From Hormiphora californensis (lineage: Eukaryota; Animalia; Ctenophora), in the NCBI GenBank assembly GCA_020137815.1, contig CM035350.1, positions 7,812,001 to 7,876,000 on the forward strand: 64,000 nt of DNA. The letters run 5' to 3'. The position numbers and the translations under genes are program-made. Numbering within the stretch: position 1 is the first letter of the stretch; every line of letters begins with the position of its first letter. Positions 46,301 through 63,133 of this stretch are shown here, one piece after another. The notes beneath the pieces are model-generated. The model ran no database searches. It worked only from the letters and a program-made list of their open reading frames with translations, and was not told the DNA's origin.

Positions 46301-49300
46301 TCCATCCCTCAGCTTCCCTACCTCCCATTTACTCCATCCTTGCCTCCCATTTACTCCATCTCTCAGCTACCCTACCTCCCATTCACTCCATCTCTCAACT
46401 ACCCTACCTCCCATTTACTCCATCTCTCAGCTTACCTACCTCCCATTTACTCCATCTCTCAGCTTCCCTACCTGCCATTTACTCCATCTCTCAGATACCC
46501 TACCTCCCATTTACTCTATCTCTCAGCTTACCTACCTCCCATTTACTCCATCTCTCAGATACCCTACCTCCCATTTACTCTATCTCTCAGCTTACCTACC
46601 TCCCATTTACTCCACCTCTCAGCTACCCTACCTCCCATTTACTCGATCTCTCAGCTTCCCTACCTCCCATTTACTCCATCCCTCAGCTTCCCTACCTCCC
46701 ATTTACTCCATCCTTGCCTCCCATTTACTCCATCTCTCAGCTACCCTACCTCCCATTCACTCCATCGCTTACCTACCTACCTTATAATCATGCCAAACCT
46801 ACTATACGCGGCAGGAATATGGGGCCACACGGTGCTAAACAACACCAACACACTCCAAAAACTACAAACAGTCCAAAATACAATAACCCGTAAAATCACA
46901 GGAGGACATATGCACACCCAGTCAGCTACTCTGACTATACTAGCAGGAGTGAAACCACTGGTCTTCCTTATCAACAAAGAAAGGATAAACAATTACATCC
47001 ACCTCACCATCAACAACAACTGGTGGTCCGACCCAAACCACGGCACACGGGCTAAACTTACCCATTCGAAGGACATCGAAAACTACCTACGTCGCCTAAA
47101 CCCAGATGCCGGATTAGATATGTCCCCCACCCAATCAATAACCTTCTCCCAAAACGATAATATCCAAACAGACGGAACTATCGAAATCTACACAGACGGC
47201 TCAAAGATGGAAAGCAGTGATGGCCAAGTCACCGGTGCAGGAGCCATCATTATCTACGAACATGAGTATAAAGTAATAATCCAACCTCTTGCACCCATAA
47301 ACACAATCAACCAAGCTGAACTCCAGGCCATCTGCATGGTAGCAAACAACCTACTGAGAGGTGAAACAATAAACAAAAACATAATTATCTACACTGACTC
47401 CAAGACCACTCTAACGAGATTAACAAGAGGCTACTCAAACTCTATCCAATTAACAACTACGATAGAAAGCCTTTCGAACCTACAGACACTCAACAACGTT
47501 AACATTCAAAAGGTCAAGGCCCACTCCAACATCCCAGGAAACGAAGCCGCAGACCAAATTGCCAAGAGAGCTACAAGAGACAGTACCTCCACCGCAAACC
47601 CTTTCGACCTAACAAAAACGCAACTTATGACATTAGTCAGAGACGACTGCACTAAGAAGTTCATAAGGCAAATCGAAAAGGCCAACTACTCCAAATGGAC
47701 AACTACTCTACTCTACAAACTCATCAGGGATTGTAAGAACCTGAAATTTACTAATAAACAATATCTCAAAAGCATAACACTTGCAATATCAGGACAAAAC
47801 AACCTAAATAGCGCCATCTCACACAAAGACAAGTCCGAATCGGCCCTCTGCGAATTATGCAATGTCAAAGAGAACGCGGAGCACAAACTACTACACTGCC
47901 CGGACCTGGACGAACTAAGATACAAACTGGACTACCAGGACATTGCCGAGAATATTCTCACCCCCGACCAAAAACTCGACCTAGGGAAACTCTCCAAACT
48001 TACAGCCAAATGCAATCTATTTAACTGAGCACCCCTAACCATCCTGATCTGAAACAGGTAACAGAGTCGAGACTGTTACCTAGGAGGGACTACACACACA
48101 CACATCTACCTTAGGACCCGCGAGTAATGGGGCAGTTCTGGGCCCACTCGGCCACCCCGCCTCCTTAGGCAAGTATTAAATCCGCAAAATGCAACCCACT
48201 GGAGGCTGATACTTGCCCAATGCCTCACAGTGTTACTTTAAGTGTAGATGCTTAACCGTGCAATATAAGTCTAAGAAATTAGACTTTTCCGGACCTCCTG
48301 GCTGTATGCAGATCTGTGTACTAGCGGTATCGACCCAAGGCCGAGAGTGTGATAAGATTTGTCAACCGACACAGGCCTCACGGGCTGTGAGTTATCGCTG
48401 TGGCAAATTCGGAAGACCCACCTACTTCTACAGCTCCTTGCAGCAGTAGTAACCGAAGACCAGCCAGGGAGGCAGGTAAATTTCACCCATTGTCCCAACA
48501 TACAAGACACGCTGGTCTCTATTAAGCCATGAATCAAAACTCTTCTTGTGGTGCCGGAACAGTTCGAGGGAAATGTGGAGCTTGCTCTGCAGAATACCAG
48601 GACTGAACCGGAGAACACCAACACTGTCCCTTTGTGTGGAGGGTAGTGGCGTGGAGTGATTATAATGGAGGTCGGCTGTCGACCTATGAAGGGGCAGCAC
48701 AGTGGGAGGAATGATGGGAGGTGCTAAACACACACACACACACACACCTTCCGTACCTCCCATTTACTCCATCTCTCAGCTTCCCTACCTCCCATTTACT
48801 CAATCTCTCAGCTACCCTACCTCCCATTTACTTCATCTCTCAGCTTCCCTACCTCCCATTTACTCCATCTCTCAGCTTCCCTACCTCCCATTTACTCCAT
48901 CGCTTATCTTCCCTACCTCCCATTTACTCCATCTCTCAGCTTCCCTACCTCCCATTTACTCCATCTCTCAGCTACCCTACCTCCCATTTACTTCATCTCT
49001 CAGCTTCCCTACCTCCCATTTACTCCATCTCTCAGCTTCCCTACCTCCCACTTACTCCATCGCTTACCTTCCCTACCTCCCATTTACTCCATCTCTCAGC
49101 TTCCCTACCTCCCATTTACTCCATCTCTCAGCTTCCCTACCTCCCATTTACTCCATCTCTCAGCTTACCTACCTCCCATTTACTCCATCCCTCAGCTTCC
49201 CTACCTCCCATTTGATCCATCTCTCAGCTTCCCTACCTCCCATTTACTCCATCTTTCATTTATCCTAACATTCCTACCCCTGAGAGATGGAGTAAATGGG

Positions 49301-52202
49301 AGGTAGGGAAGCTGAGAGATGAAGTAAATGGGAGGTAGGAAAGCTGAGAGATGGAGTAAATGGGTGGTAGGGTAGCTGAGAGATGGAGTAAATGGCAGGT
49401 AGGGAAGCTGAGGGATGGAGTAAATGGGAGGTAGGGAAGCTGAGAGATGGAGTAAATGGGAGGTAGGGAAGCTGAGAGATGGAGTAAATGGGAGGTAGGG
49501 AAGCTGAGAGATGGAGTAAATGGGAGGTAGGGAAGCTGAGAGATGGAGTAAATGGGAGGTAGGGAAGGTAAGCGATGGAGTAAATGGGAGGTAGGGAAGC
49601 TGAGAGATGGAGTAAATGGGAGGTAGGGAAGCTGAGAGATGAAGTAAATGGGAGGTAGGGTAGCTGAGAGATTGAGTAAATGGGAGGTAGGGAAGCTGAG
49701 AGATGGAGTAAATGGGAGGTACGGAAGGTAAGCGATGGAGTGAATGGGAGGTAGGGTAGCTGAGAGATGGAGTAAATGGGAGGCAAGGATGGAGTAAATG
49801 GGAGGTAGGGAAGCTGAGGGATGGAGTAAATGGGAGGTAGGGAAGCTGAGAGATCGAGTAAATGGGAGGTAGGGTAGCTGAGAGATGGAGTGAATGGGAG
49901 GTAGGGTAGTTGAGAGATGGAGTGAATGGGAGGTAGGGTAGCTGAGAGATGGAGTAAATGGGAGGCAAGGATGGAGTAAATGGGAGGTAGGGAAGCTGAG
50001 AGATGGAGTAAATGGGAGGTAGGTAAGCTGAGAGATAGAGTAAATGGGAGGTAGGGTATCTGAGAGATGGAGTAAATGGCAGGTAGGGAAGCTGAGAGAT
50101 GGAGTAAATGGGAGGTAGGTAAGCTGAGAGATGGAGTAAATGGGAGGTAGGGTAGTTGAGAGATGGAGTGAATGGGAGGTAGGGTAGCTGAGAGATGGAG
50201 TAAATGGGAGGCAAGGATGGAGTAAATGGGAGGTAGGGAAGCTGAGGGATGGAGTAAATGGGAGGTAGGGAAGCTGAGAGATGGAGTAAATGGGAGGTAG
50301 GGTAGCTGACAGATGGAGTGAATGGGAGGTAGGGTAGCTGAGAGATGGAGTAAATGGGAGGTAGGGAAGCTGAGAGATGGAGTGAATGGGAGGTAGGGAA
50401 GCTGAGAGATGGAGTAAATGGGAGGTAAGTAAGCTGAGAGATGGAGTAAATGGGAGGTAGGGTATCTGAGAGATGGAGTAAATGGCAGGTAGGGAAGCTG
50501 AGAGATGGAGTAAATGGGAGGTAGGGTAGCTGAAAGATGGAGTAGATGAGGGGTAGGGTAGCTGAAAGATGGAGTAGATGAGGGGTAGGGTAGCTGAGAG
50601 ATCGAGTTGATGAAGGGTAGGATAGCTGAGAGATGGAGTAGATCAAGATCAAGAAATATTTGATTCGGCACCGACCCTCTCTCTACTCCTCGATGTTTCC
50701 CGCCATGTTCTGCAGCTGCTGTGTGAGAGTTGAACGCGAGCGCGTCAATAACATGACACGACATGCAACACGACATGCGAGATGCGAATTTCATTATTTT
50801 GAAGTTTTGTGGGGTTGCGATTTTTGTTTTAGGTCGGAGAGTGAAACGGCCGGTACAGTGGTAAACTAGATTAAAAACTGTACGCCTCATTAGACGGCGA
50901 TTTTTCCTATCTTGTCTGGTTCCTGAGATATGGCCCCCTAAAGAGTTGGTGTCTCAAACTGCTGAATCGGGGTCACGCGAGGAAAATGGGCATCAGTTTG
51001 CGTGTACTGCTCCGTTTTTCACGGGACTTGAACGAGGGTGACGGCAAGAGTCTCACCTATTACATGGTATCCTTACATTGTGTATTAAATCTAAAATGAC
51101 TGAGCAGCATGCTTGTTAATGAACCTTGACGTGTTTGCTTGTCTCGCAAGCGCGCTCGCGACTAGCAAACACGACATGCAGTTCACACCCTGATAACAAA
51201 ATGCCACAGCTTGTTACCTGTTATCCGGTAGGCCCGGTATTGTCCTGGTACAGCCAACTGTTTCATCTCCTTTATATCAGGATGCTTATGCAGGGCGTTC
51301 CTAAATGTTGCCTTCCACACTTTATACTGGCCCGCCTCATAGGGTTTATAACGACCTGGACAATTGGACATGATAAAGATTGGAGAGAAGGCCGGAGAAG
51401 GTGGTAATATCATCATTATATATCCTTAACCATATTCAGGAGCCAGCCCTGACCATATTTAATTACAGAGTCTGTAGGTAACTAAACATGGTTAGCAGTA
51501 TATTAATATTAATATAGGGCTACAAAGAGGTTTAACCACAAACACACACAATGGGCGGGTATATGGTAGTGAACTGGGTAAATGCCAACTTTTGGTGTTT
51601 GTTTACACACTCATTCATTCTGAGAATTTCTAAAATTGAATGAGTGTAGAATATAACAGTGTGCCACAAAAAATCCTTAACAGGCAAGGGACCCCTGAAC
51701 TACTGCAGCAGAAAGATACCTGTATTTATAGCCCACTCCTTGAAGATCTCCGCATCTAAATCTTTACTAAATTCCTTGTTTTTCCCGTGTTTCCATGGCA
51801 ACAGAAAGGAACCCTCAGCTCTGCTGTACCACCTCACACCCAGGAATGTCTGTTTGTCGAGGTGTTCTACCAGCCAGGGCAGGAGAAGCATACGCGATCC
51901 GGTTCCCAGATTAGACTGAGGAGGAGGGGGTTGGGAGTCTTTGACGACTTGAAATGCAAAGACATGTCACATTGTCATTTCATTCAAATCAATTTTATCT
52001 ACCACCCCACCTCTACCTTGGATCGCTTTCCCAGGACACTAGCGAGCATGTTAGGGAGGCTAATACCACCACCACTACTACTGACTGTTGAGGGAGCGGG
52101 GGAGGGTGTCATATTAGCAAGAACATAGAACGGTTGGTTATCAGCCACTGCAGAACTACTGATGATAAAGTGCTGCTGCTGGCCTGGCTCATCTCCCTGC
52201 AT
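40507..52202 (-). CDS. IRF: Interferon regulatory factor with DNA-binding domain and C-terminal IAD (SMAD/FHA-like) domain, multi-exon
   Basis: Five-Trp [11 protein letters not shown]...GVRWY...FLLPWKHG...[12 protein letters not shown]|GRY...[12 protein letters not shown]...YRAYRI. IAD: [15 protein letters not shown]...KLER...VKIFD...VMLSFGQRW...LIWAK|VIHLKARQL. Small exon 44908-44826 restores the phase. Confidence 0.9.
44367..44440 (+). tRNA. tRNA-Thr(AGT)
   Basis: GGCGCCATGGCTTAGTTGGTTAAAGCGCCTGTCT-AGT-AAACAGGAGATCCCGAGTTCGAATCTCGGTGGTGCCT; canonical cloverleaf, A and B boxes, followed by a T-run. Confidence 0.96.
45362..51192. mobile_element. 5.8-kb foldback DNA element: CAGGG..CCCTG termini, 5-bp TSD ATAAC, ~550-bp unique TIR plus 32-bp minisatellite arms
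   Basis: ataac|cagggtgtgaactgcatg ... catgcagttcacaccctg|ataac; arms 45362-46774 + 48746-49258 versus 49281-51192, with a ~22-nt spacer. Confidence 0.92.
46775..48745 (+). mobile_element. 5'-truncated non-LTR retrotransposon (I-group-like: RT thumb, RNase H, CCHC knuckle) with a (CA)n tail
   Basis: ORF to 48028: [13 protein letters not shown]...[14 protein letters not shown]; RNase H IYTDGS...QAELQAI...IYTDSK...[18 protein letters not shown]; CELC-x7-H-x4-C; apparent TSD ACCT. Confidence 0.9.
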
Positions 52203-52482
52203 CTGCTATCGGAGAGAGGGGGATACAGATTACAGGGATCTTCATTGCCCCCTTGAAGGAAGAATATATATTTCGCAAGATATAAGTGTTGAGTTGATAA
52301 TGGTAGAGGGATCATCATCAAATTGTCATCAAATTGTCAAAATGTCAGAGAAAGTGGGGACAGGGTTGAATAAAACTCGAGAGAGAAATTGTTGTTCAAA
52401 TTAAAACACACAGTACATATCACAAACCAATCAATACAAAACATAATTCATAAGCTTTCGTTTGCAAGGCACACACATAAAA

Positions 52483-53742
<1,260 letters not shown>

Positions 53743-53986
53743 CACGAGTCCTTCGGAGGAGAAATAGATGGTGGATTTGGAATAATAATGTGATTGTAGA
53801 GGTCAGAACACATTGATTTGACGAGTATCTTGTCAGTATTATTATAGGGGTAACGTGTTATACAAATATGAAAACAATTAAGTTACTGCTTTAAAAACTA
53901 ATGTGTCCCTAGTATAGCTCTCCCTCGCTCTGATCTCACTCTCTCATTTTTAAGAGACACATGTCCTGACCCCTCTACCACCCAAT

Positions 53987-54556
53987 CTACGTATCATAAT
54001 CATCATCATCATCTACACCAGCACCAGCAGTCTGTTCAGCGGACGATTGGACACCACTGAGTGTTGCTGCTGGTATTTCACCAACACCACTGTTTGCAGC
54101 TGCAGCCGCAGCAAGGGCGGCATTGTGTTGTGCTAGCTCAGACTCATAGTGCTGCTGACGAGCCTGGGCAAAGAGCTCCTGTTGTTGCCGCAGCAGCTCC
54201 TCTTCCGAGATTCCCAGTTTATCCAGCTTCTTGTTGCTCCGTTTCCTTGATGAAATTTCTGATTTGAAGTTCGATAAAACATCATTCACCTCAGGCACAT
54301 AATCGCCAAAGCCAAGCTCACGTAGTGCTTCGATCACATGCTCCGGCAAGATTGTCTTTTTGTTTTTCTTCTCACAGATCTCATTTGAGTGCGATGAGAG
54401 GAGCATAATGAACTCAGTGCAACAATTGAGAATGAGTTCTCGAGAATTATTAGCGACACGCAAATGTGGAAGGACCTCCTTAATCATCTTGTTGACTGAA
54501 GACCGAGGCAACGTCAGCTCATCTTCAGGACATGTTGCGTTATCACAGTCATCCAT
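53987..54556 (-). CDS. DR1: Negative cofactor 2 beta (Dr1), intronless
   Basis: EDELTLPRSSVNKMIKEVLP..RVAN..RELILNCCTEFI..LSS...KKTILPEHVIEAL..LGF...GISEEELLRQQQELFAQAR. Confidence 0.96.
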   Translation of the reverse strand: MDDCDNATCPEDELTLPRSSVNKMIKEVLPHLRVANNSRELILNCCTEFIMLLSSHSNEICEKKNKKTILPEHVIEALRELGFGDYVPEVNDVLSNFKSEISSRKRSNKKLDKLGISEEELLRQQQELFAQARQQHYESELAQHNAALAAAAAANSGVGEIPAATLSGVQSSAEQTAGAGVDDDDDYDT

Positions 54557-55799
54557 ATCTAAAAACTAAAATGTTTTAGAGGTCAAGGGGGGTAAGAGGA
54601 AGAAACAAGGCAGAGGTAGAGCAGAAAATATCTCATATCTGAAATAATAAATAAAGCCCCCTTTCCAGTGAACACTGAACAGTGTCCACAGTGTGAACTC
54701 CACACATTATGACACGCGTGACGCGATAGACGATTAAAATTGATGCGTTATCGTAAATGATTTTTATAGCACACGTGCTAAAACTCCGGGTGGATTTCTT
54801 TGGAATCCTGCATCCGCCCTGGCAGGAAAAAAAATAATCGGAAACTGCGGATACTCAGGTCTCAGGATTCCGTCGTTGAAACCGTTATCCGTCAAAATAT
54901 GCTACATTATGCACGTCGAAACACTATCTTCGGGCTTCCATAGCCAAGTTATTTCTTTAAAATGGTGTTTAGCTTAAAGAAACCTTCTGTAAATTTAATA
55001 GGGGGCCGTGAAGGTTAAATGTTTGGCAAACGTTGCTGGCCCCCGATAGGGATAAGGCAGCGCTTTTCAAGTTAAATGTTGAAAAATTCCAAAAAATCAC
55101 TTTTCTTAATTTCTGGTTTTTAAGATTTTCGGGTTTGATTTGAATCATTTTTAAGCGCGGCGCGGCACACGCGCTTTTGATTTTGCAGCGAGTATGAATA
55201 ATTTTCGCCCCAGCGTTCGTTTTTCATTCCACTTTCGCGACACTTATTGAGTATATCACACTCACACTGTCAGAAGATAAACCCAGTCAGAGCATTAGCC
55301 TGACCCTGCAGGGCCCTTCGAGAACCGATTCTTTCTGTCAGAGTATTCGCCCGACCCTATTCTCGCGTGCAACTGCAAGAACTGTGGCCAGAGCATTGGC
55401 CTGACAGGTATCTTGATCTATATAGTATATAACACCGATTTAAGAAAACTATTTATTGAGAATGATAGCTATTAAAAGACGAAGAGATCATGAAATTATG
55501 ACAGAAAAAGAACCGCTACCAAACAGTACTCAAACAGGATCTTATTTTAGAGATCTCACATTTAAGATGAAGGGGTCATAACACTTGGTAAACGCTTCAG
55601 GCTGCTGCTCCCTATAGGCCCCTGTTCTGTGCCACACGCAGCGCTTTTCTAATCCCCGGTCTTCAACAGTTCACCTCGTTCTTCCTTTATTTAAACAGCA
55701 AGCCGACACGATTGGTCACATAAGGAACCTAAAAGTGGTACACACCTGGCGTGTCTTATATCACCCACTCAAATAAACAAAACATTTTTGTCGGCGTGT

Positions 55800-57262
55800 C
55801 TTATATGTGCTATAACACCGGTGTGTATCTGTATATCGCCTCCCGCGCGGGAGGCGATGTTCCCGCATATCGGCCCCTTGCGGAGCAAGGGGACGATATG
55901 CAATATATCGCCCCGAACGTAGTGAGGGCGATATATTTGATACACATAAGGTGTTATAGCATATAACGCCCACTGCAAGCAAGGAGAGAACAACACTAAT
56001 CCTCCATCAAGTTTTTCAACTCAATTTGACATTCTATACAACACAATCAAACTTTCACAGTTCAACAACAAATGATTACACAGAGAGAGAGGCAACACAA
56101 CTCATGTAGATCCTTCAAATATGTTCCCATTGCAACTCCAGACATGTCTAGACACTCACACACACACACAAGTGAACTATTGGGGGCTAATTAAGTAGAG
56201 AGATAAGGAATTCCAATGTCTTAATTTCTTGTTTCTCTCTTCTCTCTCCCTTACTCTCTAAATTTCTTCTTCCCTATTCTACACTAACAGTGTGTTACAC
56301 AGTACACACACATACACACACACATAAGAAAGGATTTCACACCTTTTTCGAATGAATTCTTGTGTGTAATAAACTACATTTTTGGAGCGTGTGATATGAG
56401 ATTTATCACCTCGGATGCAGTCATATCAGCCCGCTACCGCGCGGGTGATAAATAAAAATTTTTTTCAACTGTTCACCCCCCAAAGTCGTGCGCGGAATTG
56501 TTTTGCGCGTTTATCATATGTTAACGTGTAGCGCGCGCAGCGTAAATTAAAATATCGCACGCGCACGAGTTGAGGGGTGAACAGTTGAATAAAAATGGAC
56601 TTTATTGGTCTAAAAAAGCGCAGTGGGCGTTATAAAGTCCAATTTTTTATTTAAGCGACAGGCCGCCGCGCACAAAAAACTAGTTAATTGGTCATATCTC
56701 CGGTTCCTGATAAGATAAAGTCTTGATCCTGGTTGCGGTGGAAAGGTAAAAATTTTATCTTTCCAATGGCACCAAGAAAAAGTCGCTAGCTTATCAGGAA
56801 CTGCGGTAAACCGGAAATTGCGTTCGAGCGCTGCATTTTGATGCGCGGCGGCCTGTCGCTTAAATAAAAAATTCGACTTTATTATATTAAAGTCGGATTT
56901 TTTGAAGTTGTCACCCCCCTTTTCGTGCGCGGAATGTTTTTGCGCGTCACATCACATGTTAACGTGTGGTGTGCGCGTCAAAATTGATAAATTTCACATG
57001 CGCGGTCATTTTGGGGTGACAACTTCAAAAAATCCGACTTTAAAGTCGGATTTTTTGAAACTGTCACCCCCCTGAGTTTTCAAATTTCTTTAAATGACCA
57101 TAAGTCCGGTTCCTGATGAGATAGAGACTTGAAATTTGGAGGTTATTAAGATCTTGCTAAGTTCTTCCGAACCTCCAAATTTCAAGTCTCTATCTTATCA
57201 GGAACTGGAGATATGACAAATTTGTTATTTCAGGGGGGTGACAGTTTCAAAAAATCCGACTT
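55800..57262. mobile_element. Stack of TA-flanked non-autonomous elements: ~55800-55962, 55964-56632 (nested unit ~56450-56602), 56635-56879, 56890-57040, 57043-57262
   Basis: TIR pairs visible (the nested unit has a degenerate left end); several end in AAGTC..GACTT and share TA dinucleotides with neighbours. Confidence 0.85.
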
Positions 57263-58317
57263 TATCCTTTTTTGGAATCATGGTTGTGCGGAGCGCGGCG
57301 CATAGCAGAAGAGCGAATGCCTAATTCTCGCGCCATACGTCAATTTAGTCGAAATGGCGGCGATGGATAAAGAATCAACAATTTTAAATCCCGGAGTAAT
57401 TCGGAATGATACGAACATCAATTCATCATCAACGCTCAATCCAATATAACAACACATGGTAACCCTGAGATAATGATCAATCAAAAGGCTGTAAGTTCTG
57501 TCCGTATTGTCTGTTCATTCATTGTGTGCAAATGCAATTGATAATGATACTGGAGTAAAACCTCGCCATTCAATAACTTAATTAGACTTAGAGCTACTAT
57601 AGACAGACTACCCCAGACCCAAGCTTGAGAAGTGTCCACTCGACGGACCGTCGTCGTAACAAACAAACGAACAGGCCTACCTGCACGAACACCCAAGCTT
57701 GAAAATTTGCCCCCTAACTTGTCTTTTTGATTATTCGCAAGATAACTGCAATGTCCTCACGGGGCGGAGATGCGAAGAGTGCAACCGACCTTTAACCGTG
57801 GGGGCTGCGTAAGTGTCTTGCAAGTACAATGACTGACTGACAATAAGAATGCAATGATATCAACTGACCACAACACGATGACAGACGCTATGACGAGGTT
57901 GCAATGTCGTTCTGCCCTAACGGGCAGAGTTTGGCACGCTATAACCTATCTGTACCACCACCACCACCACCGATTTGAGAGAATGAAGAAGTCAATTTTT
58001 GTGTTGTCTGGGAATAGATAAAATTAAATACTAAATCATAATAATGGCTTTCACAGATTCACTCACTCTCTCTTGTGTTAAAGTACCGTCACAACACTCA
58101 AGAGATGTTAGTATACAACAGGAATAATGTCACCTCTGTTATAATCATCATCGGTATTACTAACAGCTGGCACGTGACACGTGCATAAAAGAAGAAAAAA
58201 CAAAACAAATTTTACCAAATACAGAATGATGATGATGATGGGTTGTTCTAAAAATGTTTACAAAAAACAATTTCCGCACTGTCGTCAGGCTCAGTGTCAT
58301 TAAATCACCCTCACTCA

Positions 58318-62343
<4,026 letters not shown>

Positions 62344-63012
62344 CTGCAGGGAGGAGGATCGGGGGTTAGTTGGGGGATTATAGATCTGGGGTTAGTTGGG
62401 GGGGGGGGTTAGTTAGGGGAATAGATCTGGGGTTAGTTGGGGGATTATAGATCTGGGGTTAGTTAGGGGATTAGGGGAATAGATCCGGGGTTAGTGGAAA
62501 CAGGAAACAGATAACAGGTCAGATAACATAACAGATAACAGATAACAGATAACAGAACACCCCTATTCCACCAATTCCCACCAAATCCCACCGTACCATA
62601 TCGCTTGTTCAGGTTGGGCTGTTTACGGCAGAATGAGAGATACCGAGGGTAAAAGTTCTTATTAGAGTTGCAATGCACCAACTGGCTGTATGCATCACTC
62701 AAGAATATCAGGTCCTTTTGTTTCATAATTGCTTTTAATAGGGATAGGGTAATAGTAAACACGTCGTGGAGCTAGCAAAATGAAAAAAAGAAATTTAAAA
62801 TATACTTTAGTAGTCTGACACGAGGATCTATTATAGATAAAGATTGAAGAGTCCTTTTGTAAAGGACAACAAGCAAGACAACAACAATTTACAAGCTACC
62901 AATTTACATGCGGTTTTTTTTAACTTCAGTCAGCTGCTCACGCACATCGGAAGCAAGCTGTGAAGTCGGCACTTAGCAAGAAGTCGTGCCCACCTAGTGT
63001 GAGAGAGATAGA

Positions 63013-63133
<121 letters not shown>

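Noticed and set aside
45910-50645. CRISPR-like array of 32-33 bp repeats (also 2810-3172)
   Set aside because: Units are contiguous with no unique spacers, there are no cas genes, and the context is eukaryotic
45664-50890. Long 400-540 aa ORFs with [20 protein letters not shown] repeats on both strands
   Set aside because: By-product of a stop-free 32-bp minisatellite in mirrored transposon arms
53987-54556. Intronless DR1 as a processed pseudogene
   Set aside because: The ORF is intact and conserved, there is no polyA or TSD, and it has the same upstream acceptor as neighbouring genes
57278-57700. Short - strand ORFs downstream of the RhoGAP
   Set aside because: No recognisable domain or splice chain; probably UTR or intergenic
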